Source: Candidatus Midichloriaceae bacterium
GTDB lineage: Bacteria; Pseudomonadota; Alphaproteobacteria; Rickettsiales; Midichloriaceae
Direction: 5' to 3'
Assembly (NCBI GenBank): GCA_046710445.1
Contig: JBKEHD010000001.1
Location: forward strand, 1,777 to 65,776
DNA length: 64,000 nucleotides
Each line of letters starts with the position of its first letter. Within the stretch, counting starts at the first letter, position 1. Below the pieces are notes generated by a model. The model was given only the letters and a program-made list of their open reading frames with translations. It was not told where the DNA came from and ran no database searches. Made by a program: the position numbers and the translations under genes. Below, one piece after another: positions 19,031 through 28,866 of this stretch.

Positions 19031-19783
19031 ATGAGAAATAATATCAAAATTATATATGTTTTTTTCCTCTGCTTATTATTGCAAAATTGCTCTAGTAAGA
19101 AAGATGATCTTAAAATAAGTTCCGTTAGTGAAAAAGAATTGTATGACAGGGGGGTTAAGGAGATTAAATCAGAAAAGTATAAAGATGCCTCAAAAACATT
19201 AACGCAGCTAGAAGAGGAGTATCCAGCGTCAAAATATTATTCTGAAGCTCTGGTTTTAAAGACATACGCATTTTTTGCATTGGATAATTTTACAGAAGCA
19301 CAATTAACAATAGATGATTTCCTTCGACAATTTCCAGTAAGTGATTTTTCTCCATATATTTATTATATAAAAGGGATGTTAAATTATAAGCAGATCATGG
19401 ATATTGGTAGAGATCAGGAATATAGTGCTAAAGCTAAGCAAGATTTTACTGCATTGATTCAATTATATCCAAAATCTAAATATTCCAAAGATGCAAGATG
19501 GAAGCTGGAATATATAAATAATGTATTAGCAGGAAAGGAGATGGATATCGGTAGATTTTATTTAAGAACTCATAAACCAATATCGGCTGTTAATAGATTT
19601 AAAAATGTTTTGAAAAATTATGACGATAGTATTTTTATTCCGGAAGCATTATACAGGTTATTTGAAATATATTATATTTTAGGTATTGAAGGAGAGGCTA
19701 AAAAATACGCATCTGTTCTAGGGTATAATTTTCCAAATAGCATTTGGTATTACAAATCTTATAATATTCTAAAAAGCAGCTAA
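19031..19783 (+). CDS. bamD: outer membrane protein assembly factor BamD
   Basis: Lipobox LLLQNC followed by TPR-like helices with the YPASKY and YPKSKY repeats typical of BamD/YfiO. Confidence 0.8.
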   Translation: MRNNIKIIYVFFLCLLLQNCSSKKDDLKISSVSEKELYDRGVKEIKSEKYKDASKTLTQLEEEYPASKYYSEALVLKTYAFFALDNFTEAQLTIDDFLRQFPVSDFSPYIYYIKGMLNYKQIMDIGRDQEYSAKAKQDFTALIQLYPKSKYSKDARWKLEYINNVLAGKEMDIGRFYLRTHKPISAVNRFKNVLKNYDDSIFIPEALYRLFEIYYILGIEGEAKKYASVLGYNFPNSIWYYKSYNILKSS

Positions 19784-19799
19784 ATTACCAAGAGTTTAT

Positions 19800-21245
19800 A
19801 TGAAATTAACACACCATCTTTTCGATAAAGGTATAAAGATTCACATTATTGGGATTGGTGGTATAGGCATGAGTGGCTTAGCTAAGGTATTACATGCAAA
19901 TAATGTATATGTTCAAGGTTCTGATAAAAGCTGTAATAACCAAGTAGTTGAATTAAAAAAGTTGGGCGTAAAAGTTTTTACAGGCCATGCTGAAGAAAAT
20001 GTAAATGGTATATCTATTGTAGTAAAATCTTCAGCAATAAAAAATGACAATATAGAGATTTTATCCGCTACTAAACTCAAAAAGCCAGTTATTAGCAGAG
20101 CAGAGTTGTTGTCTAATATGATGTATGGTGGATACAATATATCTATTACAGGAGCGCATGGAAAAACATCCACAACTTCAATGATGTTTTCTTTATTGAG
20201 AGATAATCCAAAAGAACCGTCTGTATTATGTGGTGGCATAATAAATGAAATTGATTCTAATGCATTCAACGGAAGAGATAACGTGAATATTATCGAAGCT
20301 GATGAATCAGATGGTACTTTTTTATCAATTCCATCTAATATAGGTATTATTACTAATATTGATAAAGAGCATCTAGATTATTATGGGAGCATGGAAAGTA
20401 TCATAGCTATGAATAAGCTTTTTGTAGATAAAGTTTTGTTGAATGATATGTTAATATCCTGTGGAGATTGCGATTACCTTAGTGAAATAAATCTTTTATA
20501 TAAAAACAATCCAAAATTCATCACCTATGGAATAGAGTCAAAAGATTTTGATGTGGTTGCTAAGAATATTTCCTCATCAAAAAAAGGACTTTTATTTGAT
20601 ATAGAATTTTCACAAAAATTTCAAAAAATAACCAAGACAGATAGCGATTGCATGAAAGATGTTCAAACCAACATGTTTGGTAGGCATAATATTTTAAATT
20701 TTTTAGCTGCAATATCAGTTTCAAAATTTATGAAATGCAATGAGGAAAGGACAAGGTTGGCGATAATGGGCTATAAAGGTGTACAAAGAAGGTTTAGTTT
20801 TTTGGGTGAGAAAAATGGCATAACTTTTATTGATGATTATGCGCATCACCCAAAAGAAATAGAAGCCACCCTTCTGGTTGCTAAAGATTATGCAAAACAA
20901 AGAGGTGGTAATGTGGTAGTAATTTTTGAACCTCATAAATATTCAAGATTCACAGAATTGTACCAAGATTTTTTTAATTCGTTATTAGCAGCAGATTCAA
21001 TAATTGTTCTTGATGTTTTTGCTGCCGGAGAAAAAAATAATTCAGGAGTTGATATTATTAAATTTGCAAAAGAATTTGACGATAAATACAATGCAACATA
21101 TTGCTCTGATACAAGGGATATAGGGGTTTTTATAGACGATAATGTGAAAGCCGATGACTATTTAGTGTTCATGGGGGCAGGAGATATTTCAAAGATTGCA
21201 AAAAATGTATTTCAATCTTTTGGAATTTTAGGAGAAAATAGTTGA
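19800..21245 (+). CDS. murC: UDP-N-acetylmuramate--L-alanine ligase
   Basis: IHIIGIGGIGMSGLA (Rossmann fold), ITGAHGKTSTTSM (P-loop), DDYAHHP and other Mur ligase motifs. Confidence 0.92.
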   Translation: MKLTHHLFDKGIKIHIIGIGGIGMSGLAKVLHANNVYVQGSDKSCNNQVVELKKLGVKVFTGHAEENVNGISIVVKSSAIKNDNIEILSATKLKKPVISRAELLSNMMYGGYNISITGAHGKTSTTSMMFSLLRDNPKEPSVLCGGIINEIDSNAFNGRDNVNIIEADESDGTFLSIPSNIGIITNIDKEHLDYYGSMESIIAMNKLFVDKVLLNDMLISCGDCDYLSEINLLYKNNPKFITYGIESKDFDVVAKNISSSKKGLLFDIEFSQKFQKITKTDSDCMKDVQTNMFGRHNILNFLAAISVSKFMKCNEERTRLAIMGYKGVQRRFSFLGEKNGITFIDDYAHHPKEIEATLLVAKDYAKQRGGNVVVIFEPHKYSRFTELYQDFFNSLLAADSIIVLDVFAAGEKNNSGVDIIKFAKEFDDKYNATYCSDTRDIGVFIDDNVKADDYLVFMGAGDISKIAKNVFQSFGILGENS

Positions 21246-21299
21246 AACTATCATTAGTTTATTTATACTCCTGGTAAATATAAAACATATTTTGGTTTG

Positions 21300-22319
21300 A
21301 TGGATAAAGAAAAAGCACTAGAGATAGTTTTAGATCGTATAGAAAAAGCATATGGAAAAGGTGCTGTTATGACACTTGGAAATATGGATATACAAGATGT
21401 ACAATCAGTTTCCTCAGGTTCACTTGGTTTAGATATAGCATTAGGAGTAGGTGGATATCCTAAGGGTAGAGTAGTAGAGATATTTGGTCCAGAAAGTTCT
21501 GGAAAGACTACTTTGACTTTGCATGCAATAGCGGAATGTCAAAAACAAGGTGGCACATGCGCATTTATAGATGCAGAACATGCATTTGATAGGTCATACG
21601 CTAAAAAATTAGGGGTTGATGTTGAAAAATTGATTTTCTCTCAGCCAGATTCAGGTGAAAATGCTTTGGAAATAACAGATACATTAGTTCGTTCTGGGGC
21701 TATCGATATGATAGTAATAGATAGTGTCGCAGCATTGGTACCAAAGGCGGAAATAGAAGGAGATATGGGTGATAGTCATATGGGGTTGCAAGCTAGGCTG
21801 ATGAGTCAAGCTCTTAGAAAATTAACTGCTAATGTATCAAAAACCAATACTATTTTGATGTTTATAAATCAAATACGAATGAAGATAGGTGTTATGTTTG
21901 GAAATCCAGAAACTACTACTGGTGGAAATGCTTTGAAATTTTATTCATCAGTTCGATTAGATATTAGAAGAATAGGTGCAATAAAAGATAAAGATGAGGT
22001 CGTAGGAAATCAGACAAAGGTTAAAGTAGTGAAAAACAAAGTTGCTCCTCCGTTTAAAATTGTTGAATTTGAGATTATGTATGGCAAAGGTATATCAAAA
22101 GAAGGGGAAATCATTGATATAGGCGCTGCTTTAGATATAGTTGGTAAAGCCGGCTCGTGGTATTCTTACAATGATCAAAAAATAGGGCAAGGAAAAGAGA
22201 ATGCCAAACAGTATTTGATTGATAATAAAGAGATAGCAAAAGAAATTGAAGACAAAATATTGGAAATTAAGGATATAAATCCTAAAAAGCTCGATGATAT
22301 CTCAACAAATAATAAGTAA
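21300..22319 (+). CDS. recA: recombinase RecA
   Basis: [17 protein letters not shown] (Walker A), IVIDSVAAL and [31 protein letters not shown] 21300 is preferred over the TTG at 21297. Confidence 0.97.
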   Translation: MDKEKALEIVLDRIEKAYGKGAVMTLGNMDIQDVQSVSSGSLGLDIALGVGGYPKGRVVEIFGPESSGKTTLTLHAIAECQKQGGTCAFIDAEHAFDRSYAKKLGVDVEKLIFSQPDSGENALEITDTLVRSGAIDMIVIDSVAALVPKAEIEGDMGDSHMGLQARLMSQALRKLTANVSKTNTILMFINQIRMKIGVMFGNPETTTGGNALKFYSSVRLDIRRIGAIKDKDEVVGNQTKVKVVKNKVAPPFKIVEFEIMYGKGISKEGEIIDIGAALDIVGKAGSWYSYNDQKIGQGKENAKQYLIDNKEIAKEIEDKILEIKDINPKKLDDISTNNK

Positions 22320-22338
22320 TGCATGATAGTAGAAGATA

Positions 22339-24981
22339 ATGCGTAATAGTAAAAAATATGTATTTAAATTTGGAAAAAATTATGCAGAGGGAGGCGAGCA
22401 CCTAAAGTCTATTTTGGGTAATAAGGGGGCTGGTTTAGCAGAAATGTCTAAAATGGGTATCCCTGTTCCTTCTGGCTTTACTATTTCATCAGAATGCAGC
22501 AGATTTTTAGATCAAAATTCTGATTTAAAGTTACAAATTGAAGATGGTATTAGATATGCAGAAAGTGATGTAGAAAGTAAATTTGGCGATTCTGAAAACC
22601 CTTTGTTATTTTCTATAAGATCTGGTGCAGCTATTTCTATGCCAGGGATGATGGAAACTATCCTAAATCTTGGTTTAAATAAAGAAACAGTAGAAGGATT
22701 ATCTGAAAGAACAGGAGATGCTAGATTTGCATATGATTGCTATAGAAGATTTATAGAGATGTTTAGTCATGTTGTGTTGCAGATTAGTAAGCATAAATTT
22801 GATAGCATTTGGGAAAATAAAAAATTATCACTATCTATCGTTGATAATTATTGCGTGCCTGTTGAAAGTATAAAAGAAGTGATAGCTGAGTATGAAGAGT
22901 TAATAAAAAACCAAGGGATACAGTTTCCTCATGATGTTAATTTACAATTAGAATTAGCCATAAATGCTGTGTTTAAATCTTGGAATACAACGCGTGCACA
23001 AAAGTATAGAGAGATTAATGGTATTGATGATGATATTGGTACAGCCGTGAATGTACAAAGCATGGTGTTCGGGAATAAAGGAGAAGGTAGTGCGACGGGA
23101 GTTGTTTTTACTCGCAACCCTTCAAATGGAGAGCATGAAATATTTGGAGAATTTTTACCTAATGCTCAAGGTGAAGATATAGTATCTGGTGCTAATACAC
23201 CATTTCCTATAAATGATCATTCTAGATGCGAATTTAGTCAGCAAATAGCAACTATGGAAGAGCTAATGCCTGATACATATTCTACTCTGAAGAAAATACT
23301 CGAAAAGTTAGAGCAGCATTATAGAGATATGCAAGACGTAGAATTTACTATTGAGAGTGGTAAATGTTGGATTTTACAAACAAGATTGGGTAAACGTACT
23401 CCTGCAGCTTTAATAAAGATTGCGGTTGATATGTTAGATGAAGGTGTTATCACGAAAAAAGAAGCCTTAAATAGGGTAACTGCATCTGCAATTGAAAAAA
23501 TTTTACATCCTAGTATTGATCCTGATGTGAAAAAGGTTCTTATTAGCAGAGGATTGCCAGCCTCTCCAGGAGCTGTTTCAGGGAAAATAGCTTTATCTTC
23601 GGAGAGAGTGGAGTCTATGATCAAGAATAATACTAATGTTATTTTAGTAAGAAATGAAACAAGTCCAGAAGATATAGCTGGTATAAATTTAGCTGTTGGA
23701 GTTTTGACTGCTAAAGGAGGAATGACTTCTCATGCTGCGGTTGTTGCAAGAGGAATGGGTAAATCCTGTATTACAGGAGCCTCTGATTTGATGATTGATA
23801 ATATGAAAAATTCTATACAAGTAGACAATATATTATTGAAAGAAGGTGACTGGATAACTATAAATGGGACAAGTGGCGAAATATTTTTGGGTGAGATTAG
23901 TACCATTCAGCCCAAACTTGATAATACATTTAAAAAATTGCTTACCATATCTGAAGAAGTAGGAAGATTAAAAGTAAGAGCTAATGCAGAAATTCCTAAA
24001 GATGCAAAGGTAGCTAAAAATTTTAATGCAGAAGGCATAGGTTTATGCAGAACTGAACATATGTTTTTTGATGAGAGTCGCATACAAATCTTCAGAGAAA
24101 TGATTATATCATCTGACGTCAAGGAGCGTAATGAAGCTTTAGATAAATTGATAAAATTTCAACAAAAAGATTTTTATGATTTATTTAAAATTATGGATGG
24201 AAGGTCAGTTACTATTAGATTGTTGGATCCACCATTGCATGAGTTTTTATCAGATGAGCAGAAAGATATAAATTCACTTAGTAAGAGTTTAAATATTGAT
24301 GCAGATACAATAAGAAATAGGATTGCCATGATGAAGGAAAGCAATCCAATGCTTGGTCATAGAGGATGTAGACTTGCCATAACTTATCCTGAAATATATG
24401 AAATGCAAGTTTCTGCAATAGTTAATGCAGCCAATGAATGTGTTCGAGATGGTGTTAGTGTAATTCCCGAAATAATGATACCATTGGTGATAAATAAGAA
24501 TGAGTTGTTAGAGATAAAAAAATTAATTACTAATACCATTGATAAATTATCAATAAGCAATAACAAAAAAATTGATTATAAAATAGGGAGTATGATAGAG
24601 CTTCCTGCGGCAGTACTAAATATTGAAGATATAGCAAAGGAAGTTGATTTTATTAGCTTTGGAACAAATGATTTGACGCAAACAACATTAGGGATTTCAA
24701 GAGATGATGCTGGGAAGTTTCTAAAAGAATATGTAAATAAAGGAATTATAAAGCATGATCCATTTGTGACGATTGATGTGCTTACAGTTGGTAAATTGAT
24801 TGCAGATGCTATTGAGGGTAGTAGAAAGGTGAATCCTAAGATAAAAATTGGCGTTTGTGGAGAGCATGCTGGTGATCCAGAGTCCATTAAGTTTTTTTCA
24901 ACTTTAGCTTTGGATTATATATCATGTTCTGCATATAGAGTTCCTATTGCAAAAATTATGTCTGGGAAATATGTATTTTAA
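22339..24981 (+). CDS. ppdK: pyruvate, phosphate dikinase
   Basis: GNKGAGLAEM, the phosphohistidine loop GGMTSHAAVVARGMG, GLCRTEHMFF and CGEHAGDP. Size is 880 aa. Confidence 0.96.
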   Translation: MRNSKKYVFKFGKNYAEGGEHLKSILGNKGAGLAEMSKMGIPVPSGFTISSECSRFLDQNSDLKLQIEDGIRYAESDVESKFGDSENPLLFSIRSGAAISMPGMMETILNLGLNKETVEGLSERTGDARFAYDCYRRFIEMFSHVVLQISKHKFDSIWENKKLSLSIVDNYCVPVESIKEVIAEYEELIKNQGIQFPHDVNLQLELAINAVFKSWNTTRAQKYREINGIDDDIGTAVNVQSMVFGNKGEGSATGVVFTRNPSNGEHEIFGEFLPNAQGEDIVSGANTPFPINDHSRCEFSQQIATMEELMPDTYSTLKKILEKLEQHYRDMQDVEFTIESGKCWILQTRLGKRTPAALIKIAVDMLDEGVITKKEALNRVTASAIEKILHPSIDPDVKKVLISRGLPASPGAVSGKIALSSERVESMIKNNTNVILVRNETSPEDIAGINLAVGVLTAKGGMTSHAAVVARGMGKSCITGASDLMIDNMKNSIQVDNILLKEGDWITINGTSGEIFLGEISTIQPKLDNTFKKLLTISEEVGRLKVRANAEIPKDAKVAKNFNAEGIGLCRTEHMFFDESRIQIFREMIISSDVKERNEALDKLIKFQQKDFYDLFKIMDGRSVTIRLLDPPLHEFLSDEQKDINSLSKSLNIDADTIRNRIAMMKESNPMLGHRGCRLAITYPEIYEMQVSAIVNAANECVRDGVSVIPEIMIPLVINKNELLEIKKLITNTIDKLSISNNKKIDYKIGSMIELPAAVLNIEDIAKEVDFISFGTNDLTQTTLGISRDDAGKFLKEYVNKGIIKHDPFVTIDVLTVGKLIADAIEGSRKVNPKIKIGVCGEHAGDPESIKFFSTLALDYISCSAYRVPIAKIMSGKYVF

Positions 24982-24998
24982 AAAAAAGGAGTTATTGA

Positions 24999-25760
24999 AT
25001 GGATGAATTATTAAAGAAAATTAACTATTTACAAAGAAAAATAAATTTAAAAGAGTGGGTTGAAACGGTAGTTTTTGCATTATTGTTTGCTTTTTTATTT
25101 CAGACATTTTTATATCAACCTTTTAAAATACCTTCTGGATCTATGGAGCCTGGTTTGCGTTCTGGGGATTATTTGTTTGTGGAAAAATTTGCTTATGGCT
25201 ATAACAATAGTTCGGCTTCATTTATGGTAAATAGGTTGAATCTTTTTTCAGACACATATTTTTATAACAAACCTCAAAGGGGAGATGTAATAGTATTTTT
25301 GCTTCCAAAGCATGATGATATTTATTATATCAAAAGATTAATAGGATTGCCAGGGGATGAAATCCAGGTGAAAAAAGGACTTTTGTATGTAAATGGTAAA
25401 GCGGTAAATCGAAAATTCAAAGGGAAGATTATAGGTATGAATAGCGTGCAGGAGCGTGATATGTATCTAGAAGATATATCCAAGAAAGGTCCTAGTTACG
25501 ATATATATTTATTCAATAATGCAAATAAATATGAGTTTCCAAATAGCACTCCTATTTATAAAGTGCCAAAAGATCATTACTTTTTTATGGGAGATAATAG
25601 GGATAATTCTATAGATAGTAGATATCTTAATGATGTAGGATATGTTCATCAAAATAGGATTGTTGGAAAAGCTAAAGTATTATTTTGGAGTTCTAATTTT
25701 TCTTTTAATGATTTATTTGCTGATAGCTCAACTCGAAGAATATTTAATATTATTAAATAA
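24999..25760 (+). CDS. lepB: signal peptidase I
   Basis: The catalytic Ser box is IPSGSMEPGL, the Lys box is YIKRLIGLPGD, and GDNRDNSIDSR is also present. Confidence 0.93.
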   Translation: MDELLKKINYLQRKINLKEWVETVVFALLFAFLFQTFLYQPFKIPSGSMEPGLRSGDYLFVEKFAYGYNNSSASFMVNRLNLFSDTYFYNKPQRGDVIVFLLPKHDDIYYIKRLIGLPGDEIQVKKGLLYVNGKAVNRKFKGKIIGMNSVQERDMYLEDISKKGPSYDIYLFNNANKYEFPNSTPIYKVPKDHYFFMGDNRDNSIDSRYLNDVGYVHQNRIVGKAKVLFWSSNFSFNDLFADSSTRRIFNIIK

Positions 25761-26431
25761 TGGAATTAGGTTACACATTCAAAGATAAAAAACTTTTAGA
25801 AGTTGCGTTAACGCATCCTAGCGTTTTGCGTAATCCAAAAGAGGGCGTTGAAAGTTATGAAAGAATGGAATTTTTGGGGGATAGTATATTGAGCGCTGTA
25901 ATGGCTGATATTATATATAATAAATTTAGAAATTATTCTGAAGGAGAATTATCTGTAGTACTTGCCAATTTAGTGAATGCAAAAATATTAACAATTGTCG
26001 CATCTGATTTAAATATATCCAAATATATGATATTGGATTCAGGTGAAGAACAATGTGGTGGCAGAGAAAATTCAAATAATTTAGAAAATACATTAGAGGC
26101 GGTAATCGCAGCTGTTTATTTAGATAGTGATTTTATTACAGTAAAAAATTTAGTGCAAAAATTATGGGCAAGGTTTTTCTTGGATATAGAGAAGCTTTTT
26201 CAAAAAGATTATAAAACTCAATTGCAAGAATATGCTCAAAGAAGATATAAAATATTGCCAAAATATAAGCTTGAAAATGTAGTTGGGGAAGCACATGATC
26301 CTGTGTTTACAATGTCTGCCTCTATAAAGAGTAAATACAAAGTAGATGCAGAAGGTAAAAGTAAAAAGGAAGCTGAACAAAAAGCTGCTCTTAAAATTCT
26401 TAAACAGTTGGAAATTGATGAAGGAAAATAA
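25760..26431 (+). CDS. rnc: ribonuclease III
   Basis: The RNase III signature ERMEFLGDS is followed by a C-terminal dsRBD (KTQLQEYAQ ... SKKEAEQKAA). The gene order lepB-rnc-era is conserved. Confidence 0.93.
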   Translation: MELGYTFKDKKLLEVALTHPSVLRNPKEGVESYERMEFLGDSILSAVMADIIYNKFRNYSEGELSVVLANLVNAKILTIVASDLNISKYMILDSGEEQCGGRENSNNLENTLEAVIAAVYLDSDFITVKNLVQKLWARFFLDIEKLFQKDYKTQLQEYAQRRYKILPKYKLENVVGEAHDPVFTMSASIKSKYKVDAEGKSKKEAEQKAALKILKQLEIDEGK

Positions 26432-27281
26432 CAAAAAAATAAGTTTAGTAGGTTTTATAGGCGCACCTAATTCTGGGAAGTCCACATTATTTAATTGCTT
26501 AATTAAGCAAAAGATTTCTTCAGTCACACATAAGGTACACACTACACGAGAGAATATTAGGGGGATTTTAACTACTGATCTTACACAGCTTGTTTTTATA
26601 GATACTCCTGGTTTTTTACAAAATCCTAAATTTAAATTAGAAAAAAGCATTACAAAGAAAGCTTTTCAAGAAGTTGCAAATATGGATTTTATCTGCATTA
26701 TCTTAGATGCAGCAAAGAAAAGTAATTTAGAAGATAATATTTTATTAAATAAAGATTATTATAAAAGTGATGCAAAAATTGTTTTATTATTGAATAAAAT
26801 TGATTTACTTGCTGATAAGAATAAGCTTCTTTTATTTGCAGCGCATGCAAAGAAAAAAGGTATTGATGATGTGTTTATGATATCTGCATTAAAAAATAAA
26901 GGAATAACAGATTTAGAAAATTATTTAATAAAAAATAGTCCGGATGGAGATTGGTTATATTCTGAAAATGAAGTGACAGATAGGTCTGTTAAGGAGATAG
27001 CACAAGATATAACTATGGAAAAGCTTTATATGCTTTTAAATAAGGAAATACCATATTCGTTGAAGGTTGAGACTGAATTATGGAAAGAGGATGAAGGTAT
27101 GGTTGAAGTACATCATGTTATAACTGTCCTTAAGGAAAATCAGAAAAAAATTATTTTAGGAAATCAAGGGGATAAGATAAAACAAATTAGATTAATGGCT
27201 CAAACGGGTATAAAAAAATTATTAGGTAATAAAAGAGTAGAATTATTTTTATTTATAAAAGTAAGAAATAATTGGTTGTAA
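26418..27281 (+). CDS. era: GTPase Era
   Basis: G1 is GAPNSGKSTL, G3 is DTPG and G4 is NKID, with a C-terminal KH domain. I place the start at ATG 26418, overlapping the rnc end, rather than the ORF-track start at 26346. Confidence 0.9.
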   Translation: MKENNKKISLVGFIGAPNSGKSTLFNCLIKQKISSVTHKVHTTRENIRGILTTDLTQLVFIDTPGFLQNPKFKLEKSITKKAFQEVANMDFICIILDAAKKSNLEDNILLNKDYYKSDAKIVLLLNKIDLLADKNKLLLFAAHAKKKGIDDVFMISALKNKGITDLENYLIKNSPDGDWLYSENEVTDRSVKEIAQDITMEKLYMLLNKEIPYSLKVETELWKEDEGMVEVHHVITVLKENQKKIILGNQGDKIKQIRLMAQTGIKKLLGNKRVELFLFIKVRNNWL

Positions 27282-27486
27282 AAATATGCAATATTAGGAG
27301 TGTTATAAGCTAGCTGCGCTCTGGAGTATTTTGCAATTAAGTTGGATATGATTCAATGTCGTTTGGTAAAAGTAATAATATTTTATAGATAAGTTTAAGT
27401 TCCTAGAATGGGTAGTGTCGGTAGTGCTATTCTTGCTTTTTTCTTTAATCCATTATAATATAATCACCTAAAGTGCAAAGATTGAT

Positions 27487-27969
27487 ATGAGTATAAAAAG
27501 AATGGGTTGGCTGTTTAAATTAATAGAATTAATTAATGTTTTTGCATTACCTAATAGATTGAATCGTACCAAACATTTTGCGGTAGTTGGGATTTATTAT
27601 TGGTTACTTTTTATTATTGTTTTTATGGCAAAAGAAAATATACTTTCTATGTCTCCAATATTAAAGAATTTAATATTATTATGTTTTGGTATATTCTATT
27701 TTGTTACTTTTTTCTTATTAACAATTAAAAGATTACATGATTTTAATCGGTCTGGATGGCTATCTTTATTGTTGTGGATTCCTATAATAGGGTGGATTTG
27801 GGGGTTATGTATGTTTCTTCTTTCAGGAACTAAAGGTGTAAATAAATTTGGACCTCAACCCAGTAAAGCCAGTAAATTAGAATGCATAATAGCGCTATTA
27901 TGGATTCCAATTCTTATTACTATATTATATTGTATTAACGAATATTCATCACTATATTCCGTGTCTTAG
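27487..27969 (+). CDS. DUF805-family inner membrane protein
   Basis: IKRLHDFNRSGW ... IPIIGWIW ... GTKGVNKFGPQP matches the DUF805 (YhaH/YhaI-like) pattern. There are four TM segments. Confidence 0.65.
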   Translation: MSIKRMGWLFKLIELINVFALPNRLNRTKHFAVVGIYYWLLFIIVFMAKENILSMSPILKNLILLCFGIFYFVTFFLLTIKRLHDFNRSGWLSLLLWIPIIGWIWGLCMFLLSGTKGVNKFGPQPSKASKLECIIALLWIPILITILYCINEYSSLYSVS

Positions 27970-28057
27970 GTATCTTATTTATTATTAAAAAATCTGTTGC
28001 TTAATATTGCTAACTATTTCATTATACTTGTGCAATGAGTATTTGAAAGTGTGTGTT

Positions 28058-28735
28058 ATGAATTTTACTGAACAAGAGCAAGAAGTTATATATCAAGTAA
28101 GGAATCTTGCAGAAGGTGGACTTGATTTTCCCAGTATTATACTTGGTTTAAGAATTGAAGATGCAAAGAGATTACAGCAGTTAGTGGATGAACAAGGGGA
28201 AGAGTTTTTTAAATCATATGTAGAAGATAAAGAATCGTATAATTTATGGGAAAAGTTATGTGATTTTATATATAATGTTTTTGGTTATGATTACACAAAA
28301 ATAGGAATTAATGGTAAGAATGAAGCAGGTGCTACCGCATTATTTATGCTTTCAGGATCTGAACCAATGGTGAATATTTTATTGAGCATGGGGGCAGATC
28401 CAAATATAACAAATGATAAAGGAGAAACAGCTATTTTTGGTGCTAGTTGTCTTAATCAATTAGATGTTGTAAAAAAAATGCATACTTCTGGTGCAGACTT
28501 ACATATCAAAAATAATAATGGTGATAATATATTAGCAGCTTTAATAGTAGATTACTATCCTGATAAGAAGAGAGATTTAACTGAAGTACTGAAGTACTTA
28601 GTTGAGCAAGGTGTAAATCCTAATGAAAAAAATAAAGATGGTAAATCTGCTGTGGATATAGCTAAAGAATCAAACTATTCACATTCATTAACAGAAATTT
28701 TTAGCAAAAGTCGTGATAATTTAGTACAGAGATAA
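28058..28735 (+). CDS. ankyrin-repeat protein
   Basis: Three to four ANK repeats: GATALFMLSGSEPMVNILLSMGADPN, GETAIFGASCLNQLDVVKKMHTSGADL, GDNILAA and GKSAVDIAKE. ATG 28058 is preferred over the TTG at 28007. Confidence 0.8.
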   Translation: MNFTEQEQEVIYQVRNLAEGGLDFPSIILGLRIEDAKRLQQLVDEQGEEFFKSYVEDKESYNLWEKLCDFIYNVFGYDYTKIGINGKNEAGATALFMLSGSEPMVNILLSMGADPNITNDKGETAIFGASCLNQLDVVKKMHTSGADLHIKNNNGDNILAALIVDYYPDKKRDLTEVLKYLVEQGVNPNEKNKDGKSAVDIAKESNYSHSLTEIFSKSRDNLVQR

Positions 28736-28800
28736 TCCTATATATCTTGCTAGCAATGGAAAATCAAAATAAGCTTAGAGGGTACACGTAGGATGTACTG

Positions 28801-28857
28801 AAAAGCATATTAGTATCAGAAGCCACACTTATGTGAATCTTACTCCAATATGCTTTT
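28801..28857. terminator. candidate bidirectional hairpin between convergent genes
   Basis: Perfect 11-bp inverted repeat, AAAAGCATATT (28801..28811) and AATATGCTTTT (28847..28857), followed by a T-run (CCTTTTTT). The loop is long (35 nt), so intrinsic-terminator function is uncertain. Confidence 0.3.
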
Positions 28858-28866
28858 GTACCTTTT

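Noticed and set aside
26162-26650. A 162-aa minus-strand ORF, unusually long for AT-rich DNA, lying opposite the rnc/era junction.
   Set aside because: It lies antisense to two genes whose plus-strand frames carry unmistakable RNase III and Era motifs. Its F/L/S/K-rich low-complexity translation is the mirror image of K/E-rich coding sequence. It has no start context or recognisable motif.
27282-27486. The longest non-coding gap (205 nt, after era), considered as a possible small RNA (SRP RNA, 6S, or another sRNA) or small-peptide locus.
   Set aside because: I could not find a convincing extended stem, a conserved SRP/6S motif or a terminator. The only ORFs are 14-16 codons long without RBS-like sequences. 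The region is left unannotated rather than called.
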